A stretch of DNA of 64,000 nucleotides from Gemmatimonadales bacterium (GTDB lineage Bacteria; Gemmatimonadota; Gemmatimonadetes; Gemmatimonadales; GWC2-71-9): assembly GCA_965249575.1 (NCBI GenBank), contig OZ252244.1, positions 2,272,001 to 2,336,000 on the forward strand. Reading direction: 5' to 3'. The notes under the pieces are model-generated. The model was given only the letters and a program-made list of their open reading frames with translations, did not search any database and was not told the origin of the DNA. Numbering within the stretch: the stretch's first letter is position 1; every line of letters begins with the position of its first letter. Position numbers and translations under genes: made by a program. Shown here one piece after another: positions 36,391 through 47,121 of this stretch.

Positions 36391-37728
36391 GTGACCGGGC
36401 GCGCCGTGCTCTTAGGGCTTGTCCTGTTCGGGGCCGGCGCCAGCGTCGGCTCTTCCCAGGAGCCCATCGGCGGTCGACGAATCGTGCGGTCGGTTTCGTT
36501 CGAAGGGAACCGGGCGGTGGACGATTACACGCTCGAGATCTCAATCGCGACCTCGCAATCCAAGACCATCTTCGCCCGGACCCCGTGGCTCCGGTGGCTC
36601 CCGTTCGGGGAGAAGAGGTATTTGAACGAGACGGAACTGCGTCGAGACGTGCTCCGAATCCTACTTCTATACCGTCAGAACGGTTTCCTCGAGGCGCAGG
36701 TCGACACCGTAGTCACGCGCACGGCGTCGGACGCCAGTATTCGGTTCTTGGTCTACGAAGGGGAGCCCGTCCGAATCGAGTCCATCACGCTCTCCGGTGC
36801 CGAAGACGTCATTCCCAATCGGGAGCTCCAGCGCGGCGTACCGCTCCGCGTCGGTGAACCGTTCAATCGGTTTCTGCTCCGCGCATCGGCGGACACGATC
36901 CGCGCGTCTCTGCGCAATCGCGGGCACCCCCATGCGGAGGTCTATCGGAATTTCGACCTCGACGCCGAGGCACGGGAGGCGCGTGTTCAATTCGACGTGG
37001 TTCCGGGCGCGCGCGCGATCGTGGGCGAGATACTCGTCAGTGGAACGGATCGGGTCGAAGAAGCGGTCGTTCGCAAAATGCTGGCGATTCAGCCGGGTCA
37101 GCCGTTCAGTCAGGAAGCGCTGTATGAAAGTCAGCGGGACCTCTATCGCATGGACATTTTCGGCTACGTCAATGTCGTGCTGGATGATTCGCTCCCAAAG
37201 GATGACGGGGACTCGCTGGTGAGCATTCGCGTGCAGGTATCTGAGGGCGCGCTCCATCAAGTTCGTGCCGGGGCCGGGTACGGTACCAACGATTGCATTC
37301 GCACGTTGGCGAGCTGGACCGCCCGTGCGTTCTTCGGAGGCGGCCGGTCCCTCGAGGTGAATGCGCGAACCTCAAAGATCGGGACCGGCCCGCCGTTCGA
37401 TTGGGGTTTTCAGCGGAATGTGTGCCTCGGGCTACGCAACGAGGAGGATTCAGAACAGGGGAGAGAGCGGCTCAAGCTGAATTACAATGTCTCGGCGACG
37501 ATGCGCGAGCCGTTTTTCTTCTCGCGCCGGACCCAGGCCGCGGTCTCACTGTTCGCGGAGCGGCGGTCGGAAGTCAACGCGTTCCTGAGCGATGCAGTGG
37601 GCGGCGAACTGTCGCTTTCCCGGCGGCGGTCGTGGATTCGGTGGGGATCTTCGAGCCGGCGCTTGTGCGGACCCTCGGGTTGGCTCCGTCCGATACCACC
37701 CCTCCTCCCGCGGGGTCTCTGGTGCTGA
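36391..37728 (+). pseudogene. BamA/TamA-family outer membrane protein, C-terminally truncated near 37625
   Basis: Signal peptide and POTRA repeats (FEGN, YRQNGF, LRNRGH, LYRMDIF). The barrel starts at GAGYGT...GGGRSLEV and breaks off into out-of-family residues with no terminal Phe. Confidence 0.75.
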
Positions 37729-39950
37729 CCGCCGAAGTGAGCGGTGCGCTTCAGAACTACGCCGTCTCCGCCAGAGCGCGTGCCGACAGCGTTCGCTGGC
37801 GAGATATCGAGCTGTTCGACGGTCGGATTCGAGGTTTTTGGGAGAGCGCCGACAGCGGACTGGTGCGGCTGGACGGTGCGGTGGACTCCCTAGCGGTGAG
37901 CCGTTTTGCGTTCTCCGGGATCGAAGCGCGGGTGGACGGCCGCCGCGACCGGTTCGATTGGGAGGCGCAGGCTCGGTTGGGAGAGGATGGCTCGTGGATT
38001 TCCGGTGGCCGTTGGGAGGCGGACTCAACCTCCGTCACGATGCCGATCGACTCCATGGCAGTGCTGCTCTCCGATCACGTGTGGTTTCTGGACGATGGAG
38101 CGGCACTCGTCTTTCGGGAGGGAACGATCGGCTTCGACGACTTCTCACTGACAACATCCGATGGCGGGGGGACGGTGTCGCTGGCCGGCGTTTGGGGGGG
38201 CGACGGGTCGGGTGTGGTATCGGCGGCTGTCGTCTCGCTTCCGGTTGAGGGTGCGTGGGCGCTCGCGCAAATGGACCCCGAGCGGACCGGGGGCTCCATC
38301 AGTGGGACGTTGGATCTCGGCGGGACCTCCGGGGACCCGGTGGTCCGCGTGGCGGTATCACTTCGCGATGGGAGGTTCGGTGACTTCCAGGCCCCTTTGA
38401 TTGAAGGCACGGCCGAGTATGCGGACTCCGTGCTCGAGGGGTCCTTCGGGTTGTGGCGGTTGGGGGAGAAGATTCTGGGAATCGACGGCCGGCTTCCCGT
38501 CGATCTCGCCTTGGCCGCGGTCCCCGAGCGTCGGTTGGATGGCCAAATCATGGTGCGGGCGGTTGGGGACGACGTTGACATGTCCTTCATGGAGGCGGTG
38601 ACCCCGGTGGTGGAGCGAGCGGGCGGCCGCTTCACTGCCGATGTGGGGATCACGGGAACGTGGGAGCGCCCGCGCGTTCGGGGGGAGATCACCATCTCCG
38701 ATGGCGCCGGGACCTTTCCGGCGATTGGAGTGAGACACCGCGGAATAGAAGGGAGGGCCACGCTCTCCGGTGACAGCATCCGTGTCGAGCGCCTGGTAAT
38801 CAACAGCGGTCGCGGCGCCATAGAGGTCCAGGGAGTGGTGCGATTGGAGGGATTGACGCGCCCAATCACGGACCTCCGCATTACGGCTCGAGAGTTCCTG
38901 ACCATCGACGTGCCGAACTTCCTGACCATCGTGTCGTCCGGAGATTTGCAGCTGCAGGGGCCACTCATCGGCTCGACGCTGACCGGGCGGGGGACCGCCA
39001 CCAGCGGCGTTCTGTACTTCGCCGATCTCGTGACGAAGAGGGTCATCAATCTCGAGGACCCACTCTATGCCGACGTGATCGATACATCGTTGATCCGGCG
39101 GCAGGGCCTTGGAGCCGAGTTCCCCAGTCGCTTCCTGGACAGCCTCACCATCTCGGGACTCGAGCTGGACATGGGCAGAGAGGTTTGGCTCAGGTCGGGC
39201 GAAGCGAACATCCAGCTCACGGGCTCCGTCGTGGCGAACAAGCTTGGCACCCAGTACCGGCTCGATGGCACGCTTTCAACGCCGCGCGGGACGTATCGAT
39301 TGCCGATCGGGCCAGTGACCAGGGAGTTCGTCGTCACCCAGGGCGAGGTCAGGTACTTCGGAACGCCGGACCTGAGCGCCGGTTTGGATATTGACGCGCG
39401 CCATGTCGTGCGAACGGCGCGGAGTGGAGACGTCACGGTGTTTGTCAATGTAGGGAGAACGCTCTACGTGCCCCGGCTGACGCTCACCAGCGATATTCGC
39501 CCGCCGATATCCGAGACCGAGATCATCTCGTACCTCTTGGTGGGCGCTCCGAGTATCGCCGCCGCGGCAGCCGGCCAAGCCAGCCTGATCCAGCAGGGCG
39601 TCGCCCAGCTCGCCGGCGTCCTGTCCGGTCAGCTGGAGAGTTCGTTGATTTCCGATATTGGAATTCCACTCGACTACATCGAGATACGTCCCGGTGATAT
39701 TGGTGCGGGGTTTTCGGGGACCGAGATTGCCCTCGGCAAGCAGGTATGGGATCGCTGGTTCATTACCTTGAGCCCGCGCATCTGCCCCAGGCGCCAGCTC
39801 CTAGAGAATCTGGGCGCAGGATTGGAGTTTCGGATGAGCTCACAGTGGAAGCTCTCGGCGAACGTCGATCGCAGCTGTTCGCCAGTGGGAGCAGGCACCG
39901 ATCTCAACTATCAGCTCGGCTTGGATCTGCTCTGGGAGAAGCGCTACTGA
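37623..39950 (+). pseudogene. tamB: TamB (translocation and assembly module) C-terminal part, N-terminus missing
   Basis: Beta-taco glycine-rich repeats; DUF490-like C-terminus (PPISETEIISYL..G, LGKQ, DLLWEKRY); no N-terminal anchor. Confidence 0.75.
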
Positions 39951-40843
39951 TGTCCCGCCGTGTCTTGCTGATAACGAACCCAGTCGCCGCGCGCAGCAGC
40001 CCAACGGTTGTTCGGGAGATCGAAGATTGGCTTCGAGCCGAAGGGTGCCAGGTGGACGTAGCCGGCACGAACCGGCCCGAGGACACGGAAAAGCTAGCTG
40101 CGTCGGGTATCGCCGACGGCGTCGATGTGATCGCGGTCTACGGTGGCGATGGCACGGTGAGCCACGCGATTGGAGCCGTGGTGGGACATTCGGTTCCGCT
40201 CGCCTTGATCCCGGGAGGGACTGGGAACCTGCTGGCCCACAACCTGGGCTTGCCACGACAGCCGAAGGAGGCGGCGCGCGCGATTGTTCGCGGCGTCCCA
40301 AAGCCGGTGGACATCGGGCGGGTCGTGCGGGAGGGAGGGGAGCAATACTTCACCGTGGCGTGTGGGGCGGGTTTTGACGCAGAGATCATGCTCCGCACGT
40401 CCGGCCGGGCGAAACGCCGGTGGGGAAGCGCGGCCTACATCGCTGGGGCGTGGGGAAGCCTCCCGACCGTTGCGGCGGTGACGCACCGCGTAACAGTGGA
40501 CGATCAAGTGCTCGACCTCGACGCGACGACCGTGTTCGTCGCGAACTGCCGAGACGTGTTTCCACCGTTCGTCAGGCTGCGGGAGGGCACTGCACTCGAT
40601 GACGGCTGGTTCGACGTCGTGGCGCTGAAGGCGAATGGGGTGCTCCAGAGCTTGTCCGTTGTCGGGCAGCTGCTGTTCCGCCGGGAGGCGGCAACCAACG
40701 GCGTCCGCTACGCGCGCGGCCGGACGGTCACCGTGGAATGCGGTTCCGTTCGTCCCGTCCAGCTCGACGGAGAGAACGCGGGCACAACACCGTTCACCGC
40801 GGAGCTGCTGCCAGGGGGTATCGGAGTTTTGGTCGAGTCCTGA
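39950..40843 (+). CDS. Diacylglycerol/lipid kinase family protein
   Basis: NPVA, GGDGT, PGGTGN, QLDGE; TGATG coupling to tamB. Confidence 0.93.
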   Translation: MSRRVLLITNPVAARSSPTVVREIEDWLRAEGCQVDVAGTNRPEDTEKLAASGIADGVDVIAVYGGDGTVSHAIGAVVGHSVPLALIPGGTGNLLAHNLGLPRQPKEAARAIVRGVPKPVDIGRVVREGGEQYFTVACGAGFDAEIMLRTSGRAKRRWGSAAYIAGAWGSLPTVAAVTHRVTVDDQVLDLDATTVFVANCRDVFPPFVRLREGTALDDGWFDVVALKANGVLQSLSVVGQLLFRREAATNGVRYARGRTVTVECGSVRPVQLDGENAGTTPFTAELLPGGIGVLVES

Positions 40844-40919
40844 CCCCTCGGCCATGTGGCCCTACCGAACCGACAGCGGCGCCCCATATTACGATGAACT
40901 CGCGACGAAGGAACCGTGC

Positions 40920-41090
40920 ATGCCAAAGGAAGTCGATGCCATGGTATGCCGCGCCTGCGGCAAGGAGGAGCGAGCGTCCGAGGGCTACCCATGCACCGAG
41001 TGCGGCACCTTCGTTTGCCTGATCTGTTCCTTCCGAGGCGTGATCTTGTGCAAGGCATGCCAGGCCAAGGTGGGAGAAAAGAGTCCGTAG
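40920..41090 (+). CDS. 56-aa small protein with four CxxC pairs (putative two-zinc finger)
   Basis: AAGGA SD then ATG; MPKEVDAMVCRACGKEERASEGYPCTECGTFVCLICSFRGVILCKACQAKVGEKSP. Confidence 0.8.
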   Translation: MPKEVDAMVCRACGKEERASEGYPCTECGTFVCLICSFRGVILCKACQAKVGEKSP

Positions 41091-41211
41091 CGGGCTCAAC
41101 GATTCAGGATAGACCCGTCCAGGCCGCGGGCATGCCTCCGGGTCGTTTTCGAAGAACTGGTACCGATCCGTCGCTCATTGCCGGAATCCCGGCAGTTTCA
41201 GCCGACCGCTA

Positions 41212-42206
41212 GTGCCAGTGCCCTCACACCGCCCATCACTCACAGATGTTGAAGGTCTGTTGGTCGGCCATGCTACCGATCGGGACGCCGGGACGGGTTG
41301 CACCGTGATACTGGCTCCCGAGGGGGGAATGCGAGCATCGGCGTCCGTTCGGGGCAGGGCCACTGGCACCCGGGAGTTCGATGTGCTATCCCCGCGACAT
41401 CTGGTGCCCGAGGTAAAGCCGTCTTTCTGACCGGCGGTTCCGCGTTCGGCCTCGGCGCGACGGACGGCGCCGTCCGGTGGCTCGCCGAGCGCAAACGCGG
41501 GTTCAGTGTGGGTGTTGGGGTGGTTCCCAGAGTACCGGCTGCGGTCGTATTCGATTTGGCCCCAATTGGCCGGTCAGACCGCTGGCCGACAGCGGACGAT
41601 GGCTACGCGGCGTGCGCCGCCGCGGGGCGAACGGTGGCAGAGGGATCGGTGGGCGTCGGGACGGGCGCGACCGTTGGCAAGGCCCTGGGTGCCGGGAGTG
41701 CGATGAAGGGGGGCCTCGGGACGTGGTCGGAGCGGCGCGGGGAGCTGATCGTGGCCGCCCTCGCCGTCGTGAACGCTTTCGGTGACGTCCGAGACGACGG
41801 AGGGCAGATTCTTGCGGGCGCGAGGGGCCCCGCGGGATTTCTCGATGCCCGGCGGTATCTGGCGGATGGCGGTGAGCCTGGGGGCTCGTTCGCCCGGACC
41901 GGAACGAACACGACACTGGTGGTGGTTGGTACCAACGCAGTATTGGACCGAGAGGACCTGGCCGGGGTCGCGCACATGGCGGCCGACGCGGTAGGACAGC
42001 GTGTCACCCCGGCTGGGACACGGTATGACGGCGACGTGATTTTCGCCGTTTCGACGAGTCGAGTGACGGGAACCTCCGCCATTGGGATCGAGGTGCTTGC
42101 ACAAGCGGCCACCGCACGCGCCATTGAACGCGCCGTGTTGCTGGCGAAGGGCACTGACAGCGTTCCCGGATTGGGCGACCCGGGCGGGAGGCTCGAAACG
42201 GCCTAG
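41212..42206 (+). pseudogene. P1 (DmpA-like) family peptidase with a -1 frameshift at about 41417
   Basis: N-terminus SLTDVEGLLVGH..TGCTV..GTRE in one frame; LTGGSAFGL, G.G.GA, NTT and DGD in the other. Confidence 0.85.
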
Positions 42207-42295
42207 CCGAGACTCCGTTGCGAAGCCGACGGGACCTCGCCGATTAGCCTTCAAGCTCGAAGCACACCGCCGGCGTTCGCAGTGGAGTCAGTCTT

Positions 42296-42991
42296 ATGAA
42301 GCTCGTGCTGTTCGACATCGACGGAACCATTCTCTGGACCGACGGCGCTGGTCGACGGGCGATCCGGAAGGCGCTCCTCGCGTCGATGGGCACGGCTGGG
42401 CCTATCGACCGTTTCCGTTTCGATGGAAAGACCGATCCTCAGATCATTCGAGAGCTGCTTACGGCTGCTGACCATCCCCAAGCGCAAAGCGACGACCACG
42501 TGGCCGGTGTGTGCGACCGATACGTAGAGTTGCTGGCCGGTGAACTCGCTTCGACGGCGTCCAGCTCGACGCACGTGTTCCCCGGAGTAGAGCGCTTGCT
42601 CGATCTATTGGAGAGCAGGGTCGATTCGCTCTTAGGCCTGCTGACAGGCAATCTGGTCGAGGGAGCGACACTCAAGCTGCGTGCCGCGGGCATCGAACCT
42701 TCGCGGTTTCGGGTTGGGGCCTTCGGCTCCGACGCCGCCGAGCGAAGCGCACTCCCACCTATCGCCGCCACTCGGGCGGCACCGCTCATGGGCGCGTCGC
42801 CTTCCGGCGACGAGATGGTGATCATCGGCGACACGCCGGCCGACGTCACCTGCGGCCGCAGCCTCAACGCCCGCGCGATCGGGGTTGCCACTGGTTCGTA
42901 CAGCAGAGCCGAGCTACTCGCGGAGGGTGCGTACGCCGCTTTCGACGACCTCGCCGATACCGAGGCGGTGTTGGACGCGATCTTCGGATGA
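42296..42991 (+). CDS. HAD-superfamily hydrolase (phosphoglycolate phosphatase-like)
   Basis: FDIDGT, LLTGN, IGDTPAD. Confidence 0.93.
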   Translation: MKLVLFDIDGTILWTDGAGRRAIRKALLASMGTAGPIDRFRFDGKTDPQIIRELLTAADHPQAQSDDHVAGVCDRYVELLAGELASTASSSTHVFPGVERLLDLLESRVDSLLGLLTGNLVEGATLKLRAAGIEPSRFRVGAFGSDAAERSALPPIAATRAAPLMGASPSGDEMVIIGDTPADVTCGRSLNARAIGVATGSYSRAELLAEGAYAAFDDLADTEAVLDAIFG

Positions 42992-43725
42992 CTGAATCGG
43001 ATCTTCTGCTGCCCCTTCGAATCCCCGAGATCGGCCCATCACTGGGCAAGCTCGTGGTTGGCGCTCCCGGGGGCCCAGCCGGGGCCGCGCTGAACGTGGC
43101 GCGATACCAGCTCGTGACCAAGATGATCGAGAGCGCCGGGGAGGCACGGCGGCTGGCGACGAATGGGGAACGGGCGGGGGCGCTCTCGAGCCTTGGGCGC
43201 ACTGCCTGGCTGGAGGCCTGGGAAGAAGCTGTAGGCGTCGTGAGCGGGAGCCTTGTTCAACGAATCAACGAAGCACTTGGGGTCCAGGCTCACGCCGCAC
43301 GAGTGACGAGACGGCACGCGCGGCGGTACCTGCTTGGCGAGAGCGAGTCCCGAGAGCTCACGGCCCGGTTGGGGTCGGCCGGTGCGTGCCTCGTTTCCGC
43401 CCTCGACGAACTGGACCGGCACGCGGCGGCGGCGCTCAACGCGTCGGGGCTCCAACGCGACGCGCTGGAGAGCTGGCAACGATCTCTGCTCACGTCTGCG
43501 CGACGACTCGAATCCGCGTGGCTGCTGCTGCACGACGCGGTGACCGCCGAGCTGGCGCGCGGCGAGCAATTGCGGCAAGCGCTATCCCGGTGGCGCAAGC
43601 CGATCTGGCCCGTTGTGGCGATCGGGATCCCATGCATCGCCATGGCGGTGTGGTCCGGGCTCGTATTCGGGGGGTACGTCCCGGCGCCCGCCTGGCTGGC
43701 GTTCCTTTGGACGCGGCTCTTCTGA
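42988..43725 (+). CDS. Hypothetical helical protein with a C-terminal transmembrane anchor
   Basis: ATGA coupling to the HAD gene; hydrophobic C-terminus WPVVAIGIPCIAMAVWSGLVFGG. Confidence 0.75.
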   Translation: MTESDLLLPLRIPEIGPSLGKLVVGAPGGPAGAALNVARYQLVTKMIESAGEARRLATNGERAGALSSLGRTAWLEAWEEAVGVVSGSLVQRINEALGVQAHAARVTRRHARRYLLGESESRELTARLGSAGACLVSALDELDRHAAAALNASGLQRDALESWQRSLLTSARRLESAWLLLHDAVTAELARGEQLRQALSRWRKPIWPVVAIGIPCIAMAVWSGLVFGGYVPAPAWLAFLWTRLF

Positions 43726-43783
43726 GCCGCGCTCCGGCCGACGGCGGGAGTCTCGTGGCCATCCGCCAGTGCCTGGGTCGAGA

Positions 43784-44170
43784 ATGAACGTTGTCGGCCT
43801 GGGCTTGGACCTCGTCGACATCGCTCGCGTTGAGCGAATGGTCGAGCGACATGGCAACCGGTTTCTTGACCGCGTGCTCACACGGGGCGAGCGGGCCTAC
43901 TGCGCTGAACAAGTGGCGCCAGCTCGTCATATTGCGGCTCGGCTTGCGGCCAAAGAGGCGGCTTTCAAGGCGTTCCAGCACGGCGCCCGGGTGCCTGGTA
44001 TCGGTTGGCTGCACACCGCGGTCGTGCGGGATGATGCCGGCCGGCCCGGGCTCCGGTTCCACGGGCTGGCCGCGGAGACCGCGAAGCGGCTTGGAGTTCA
44101 GGCCGCCCTGGTATCTCTCTCCCATACTGATCTGCAGGCTGCGGCGGTCGTCATCTTGGTCGCTCCTTGA
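43784..44170 (+). CDS. acpS: Holo-[acyl-carrier-protein] synthase
   Basis: GLGLDLVDIARV, AAKEAAFKA, GRP, VSLSH. Confidence 0.93.
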   Translation: MNVVGLGLDLVDIARVERMVERHGNRFLDRVLTRGERAYCAEQVAPARHIAARLAAKEAAFKAFQHGARVPGIGWLHTAVVRDDAGRPGLRFHGLAAETAKRLGVQAALVSLSHTDLQAAAVVILVAP

Positions 44171-44219
44171 CCCGCCTTTGATGCGTTTCGAGATTTTGGA
44201 GAGACTCCGCGGTTGCTGG

Positions 44220-44248
44220 TTGCGATCCTAACGACACCAATCTAGAAT
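44220..44248 (+). promoter_or_regulatory. Putative sigma70 promoter of the FTR1 gene
   Basis: TTGCGA-17 bp-TAGAAT. Confidence 0.6.
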
Positions 44249-44265
44249 TCCAGTACCATCCTAAT

Positions 44266-44280
44266 TGAGAATGATTCTCA
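44266..44280. promoter_or_regulatory. Fur-type operator (7-1-7 inverted repeat) overlapping the start codon
   Basis: Perfect TGAGAAT-G-ATTCTCA, versus the Fur consensus TGATAATnATTATCA, in front of an iron permease. Confidence 0.8.
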
Positions 44281-46265
44281 TTTTTAGTCGCGCGTCCTGC
44301 CTACTGGCCGTTCTGGCCCTGCTTGCCCCCTTCGACCTTTTGGGTCAGGGGACGGATGAGGAGCTCGCGAGACGCATCGCCGCGGTCGCGTCCATCGCGC
44401 TGGATGAGTACGCTCTTGGAGTGGTGGACGGGCAGGTCGTAGCGGCAGCTGAGCTGGAGGAAGCGCGACTGTTCGTTGGAGAGGCCCGCCGGTGGGCGAT
44501 ATCGCTGAGTCCGGACGCCCGCGCGACCGCGATCCCCCCCCTCGACGCCCTCGTGGGCGGTGTCGAGCGTCTGGTGCCGGCAGCGGATCTCCAAGACGAG
44601 CTGCTTGTGCTTCGCGGAGCGCTCGAGCAGGCCGTCGGTGTCGCTCTGGACCCGATGCCGTCGAGTGCACCGGCGCTGGCTCGGGGCCGGGCGGTGTACG
44701 AGGCCCAGTGCGCACTCTGCCATGGCGAGCTGGGTGCGGGAGACGGCTTCGCCGGTGCGGGTCTCAATCCGCCGCCGGCCGATTTGACCGACAGCGAGGC
44801 GCTCCGGTCTTCCAGCCCGCTGGACTTTTTCCGCAAGACTACGGTCGGGGTGGCTGGCACAGGGATGCCGGGCTTTGAGCAGCAGCAGAGCCTGGAAGAT
44901 CGATGGGCCGTGGCGCTCTACGCTTCGACGCTGCGTTTCCCAAGAGACGAGGGGGATCCTGAGGGAGAGGCGCTCGCAGATTGTCCCGACTGTCTCTTGC
45001 TCGTGAGCGACTTCTTTGCCACGGCCGCGCTGAGCGACGATTCGCTCGCGGGCCTCCTGGAGACGGCGTCGGGTTTTCGGGGATCACCTCCCCAAGCCGC
45101 CCTCGGTTATGCCCGGACAGCAGGTGCCGCCGATGTGCTAGGATCGGATCGGCGGCTCGAAGGTGCGCGGACCATTAAGAGCGCCAAAGAGGGCGTGGCT
45201 GCAGCCGTTGAGCTGGCCGCCGTCGGCGAGCGCGAGCGGGCTATCGATAAGGCTCTCGAAGCGTACCTCGTATTCGAGCGGGTGGAGCTGGATGTGCGAG
45301 CCCGCGATGCCGCCGCGGCCGCGCGTGTGGAGGCGGGCTTCGCAGATCTCCGATCTGCGCTTGCAGGCGGCGACGAAGGACCTATCCACGAGGCCAGCAC
45401 CGAGGTGAGCGCGGCGCTCGACGGGGCGTTTTCGCCGGGTGGAGCCGTCGCATCGCTGCCCGCGCTGTTCGGGCAATCTCTGGTAATCATGCTGCGGGAA
45501 GGGCTGGAGGCTATCCTCATAATTGGGGCGCTCGTGGCCTTCCTCCAAAAAGCGGGCGCTCGGGACCGCATTCGCGATATCGGGTGGGGCGTGGGGGCCG
45601 CCGTCGGCGCGAGCCTCATAACGGCCGTGGGGTTCGCCACGCTGTGGCAGGTCTCGACCGCCCAGCGCGAGGCCCTCGAAGGGTTCACGATGGTGCTCGC
45701 GGCAGCAGTCCTTTTTTGGGTCTCCTACTGGCTGGTTTCCAAGATCGAGATCAAGAAATGGCAGGCGTTCGTCGGGCAGCAGATGGGAAAGGCGCTATCG
45801 AGCCGCAGTGCGCTCGCCCTCAGCGCGGTGGCATTCCTTGCAGTGTATCGGGAGGGTTTCGAGACCGTGCTGTTCTACGCGGCGCTCTTCGCGTCTGCCA
45901 GTGGGATCGCGCGCGCACCGTGGAGCATCACGAGCGGTATCCTCTTGGGAGGCACGATTTTAGGCGTTGTGTATTTTGTCATCCAACGCTTTGGGGTCCG
46001 AATCCCGCTCAAGCCGTTCTTCGCGGTGACCAGCACGCTGCTCTATCTGATGGCGTTTTCGTTCGCGGGCCAGGGCATCGCCGAATTGCAGGAGGGGGGC
46101 TACGTGCCGACTACCCAGCTGGACTGGGTTCCCTCAGTGCCGTTCCTCGGCATCTTCCCCACGACCCAGACGCTGGCCATCCAGCTATTTCTCGCGGTTG
46201 CGTTATTGGGTGCCTTGGCGTGGGTGTTCTGGCTGGAGCCGGTCGCCGCCGCTCGGAGGCGCTAG
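44271..46265 (+). CDS. Cytochrome c/FTR1 family high-affinity iron permease fusion (alternative start TTG 44265)
   Basis: Signal peptide; CALCH heme motif with distal GTGMP; two RExxE motifs (REGLE, REGFE); C-terminal multi-TM domain. Confidence 0.92.
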   Translation: MILIFSRASCLLAVLALLAPFDLLGQGTDEELARRIAAVASIALDEYALGVVDGQVVAAAELEEARLFVGEARRWAISLSPDARATAIPPLDALVGGVERLVPAADLQDELLVLRGALEQAVGVALDPMPSSAPALARGRAVYEAQCALCHGELGAGDGFAGAGLNPPPADLTDSEALRSSSPLDFFRKTTVGVAGTGMPGFEQQQSLEDRWAVALYASTLRFPRDEGDPEGEALADCPDCLLLVSDFFATAALSDDSLAGLLETASGFRGSPPQAALGYARTAGAADVLGSDRRLEGARTIKSAKEGVAAAVELAAVGERERAIDKALEAYLVFERVELDVRARDAAAAARVEAGFADLRSALAGGDEGPIHEASTEVSAALDGAFSPGGAVASLPALFGQSLVIMLREGLEAILIIGALVAFLQKAGARDRIRDIGWGVGAAVGASLITAVGFATLWQVSTAQREALEGFTMVLAAAVLFWVSYWLVSKIEIKKWQAFVGQQMGKALSSRSALALSAVAFLAVYREGFETVLFYAALFASASGIARAPWSITSGILLGGTILGVVYFVIQRFGVRIPLKPFFAVTSTLLYLMAFSFAGQGIAELQEGGYVPTTQLDWVPSVPFLGIFPTTQTLAIQLFLAVALLGALAWVFWLEPVAAARRR

Positions 46266-46275
46266 CCGAAGTCCC

Positions 46276-47121
46276 TTAGGTGCCGGCGGCCTCCGGCGCA
46301 ACGGCCGACCTGCTCGGGATCTGAAGATCGTCTTGTCGATGCCACCTGGCCGCGAGCCAGATTCCGATACCCAGGATGGCGACACTCGCTAACTGCGCCA
46401 CCGTGAACGGGCCGAATACGCGATCGTCCTTGGCCCGAACGAACTCAACTAGGAAACGCTCGAGACCGGCCAGCATCAGGTAAATCCCGAATAGCCACCC
46501 GACCGCATGGCGGTGCGCCCGCCATCGCCAGAGCAGCCAGAACGCGAACATCATCGCGGCGACTTCGTACAGTTGCGTTGGGTGCACCGCCAGCACATCG
46601 AGAGGCTGTGCACCTGCCGGTAGGTCCGTGCCGAACAGGGCGCCCATGTTCTGGGCGGTCGTTGGGGGAAGTCCTTCGGGGAACCTCATGCCCCAGGGGA
46701 GGGACGTTGGGATCCCGTAATCGTCTTGGACCAGGAAGCATCCGACCCTCCCTAGCGCGTACCCCACCGCGAGCGCGGGGGCGGATAGCTCGAGCGTTAG
46801 GCGAGCCGGAACATGTTTGCGCCAGCCGTTGCCGAGCACGGCGACGGTACCACCGATGAACCCGCCGTACCACACCAGCCCTCCTCGAGAGATGAGAGCC
46901 CCGAGTTCGCCGGTGAGGCCTACATACCAAAGCTTGGCACCGAGAATACCCCCGATCACTGCTGCCACGACGACGTCCGCCGCGTACTCCTCGTTCAGGT
47001 GGCGCCTGCGAAGCTCCCGCTGAATGACCCACCCGGCCATGAGGAATCCCACCATCATCATGAGGCCGTAGCCGGTGATGGTGAACGTGCCCAGCTTTAG
47101 GATCAACGGATACACGGTCAT
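46276..47121 (-). CDS. lgt: Prolipoprotein diacylglyceryl transferase
   Basis: GLVWYGG, GRVGCF, HPTQLYE, RFLVEFVR. Confidence 0.95.
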   Translation of the reverse strand: MTVYPLILKLGTFTITGYGLMMMVGFLMAGWVIQRELRRRHLNEEYAADVVVAAVIGGILGAKLWYVGLTGELGALISRGGLVWYGGFIGGTVAVLGNGWRKHVPARLTLELSAPALAVGYALGRVGCFLVQDDYGIPTSLPWGMRFPEGLPPTTAQNMGALFGTDLPAGAQPLDVLAVHPTQLYEVAAMMFAFWLLWRWRAHRHAVGWLFGIYLMLAGLERFLVEFVRAKDDRVFGPFTVAQLASVAILGIGIWLAARWHRQDDLQIPSRSAVAPEAAGT

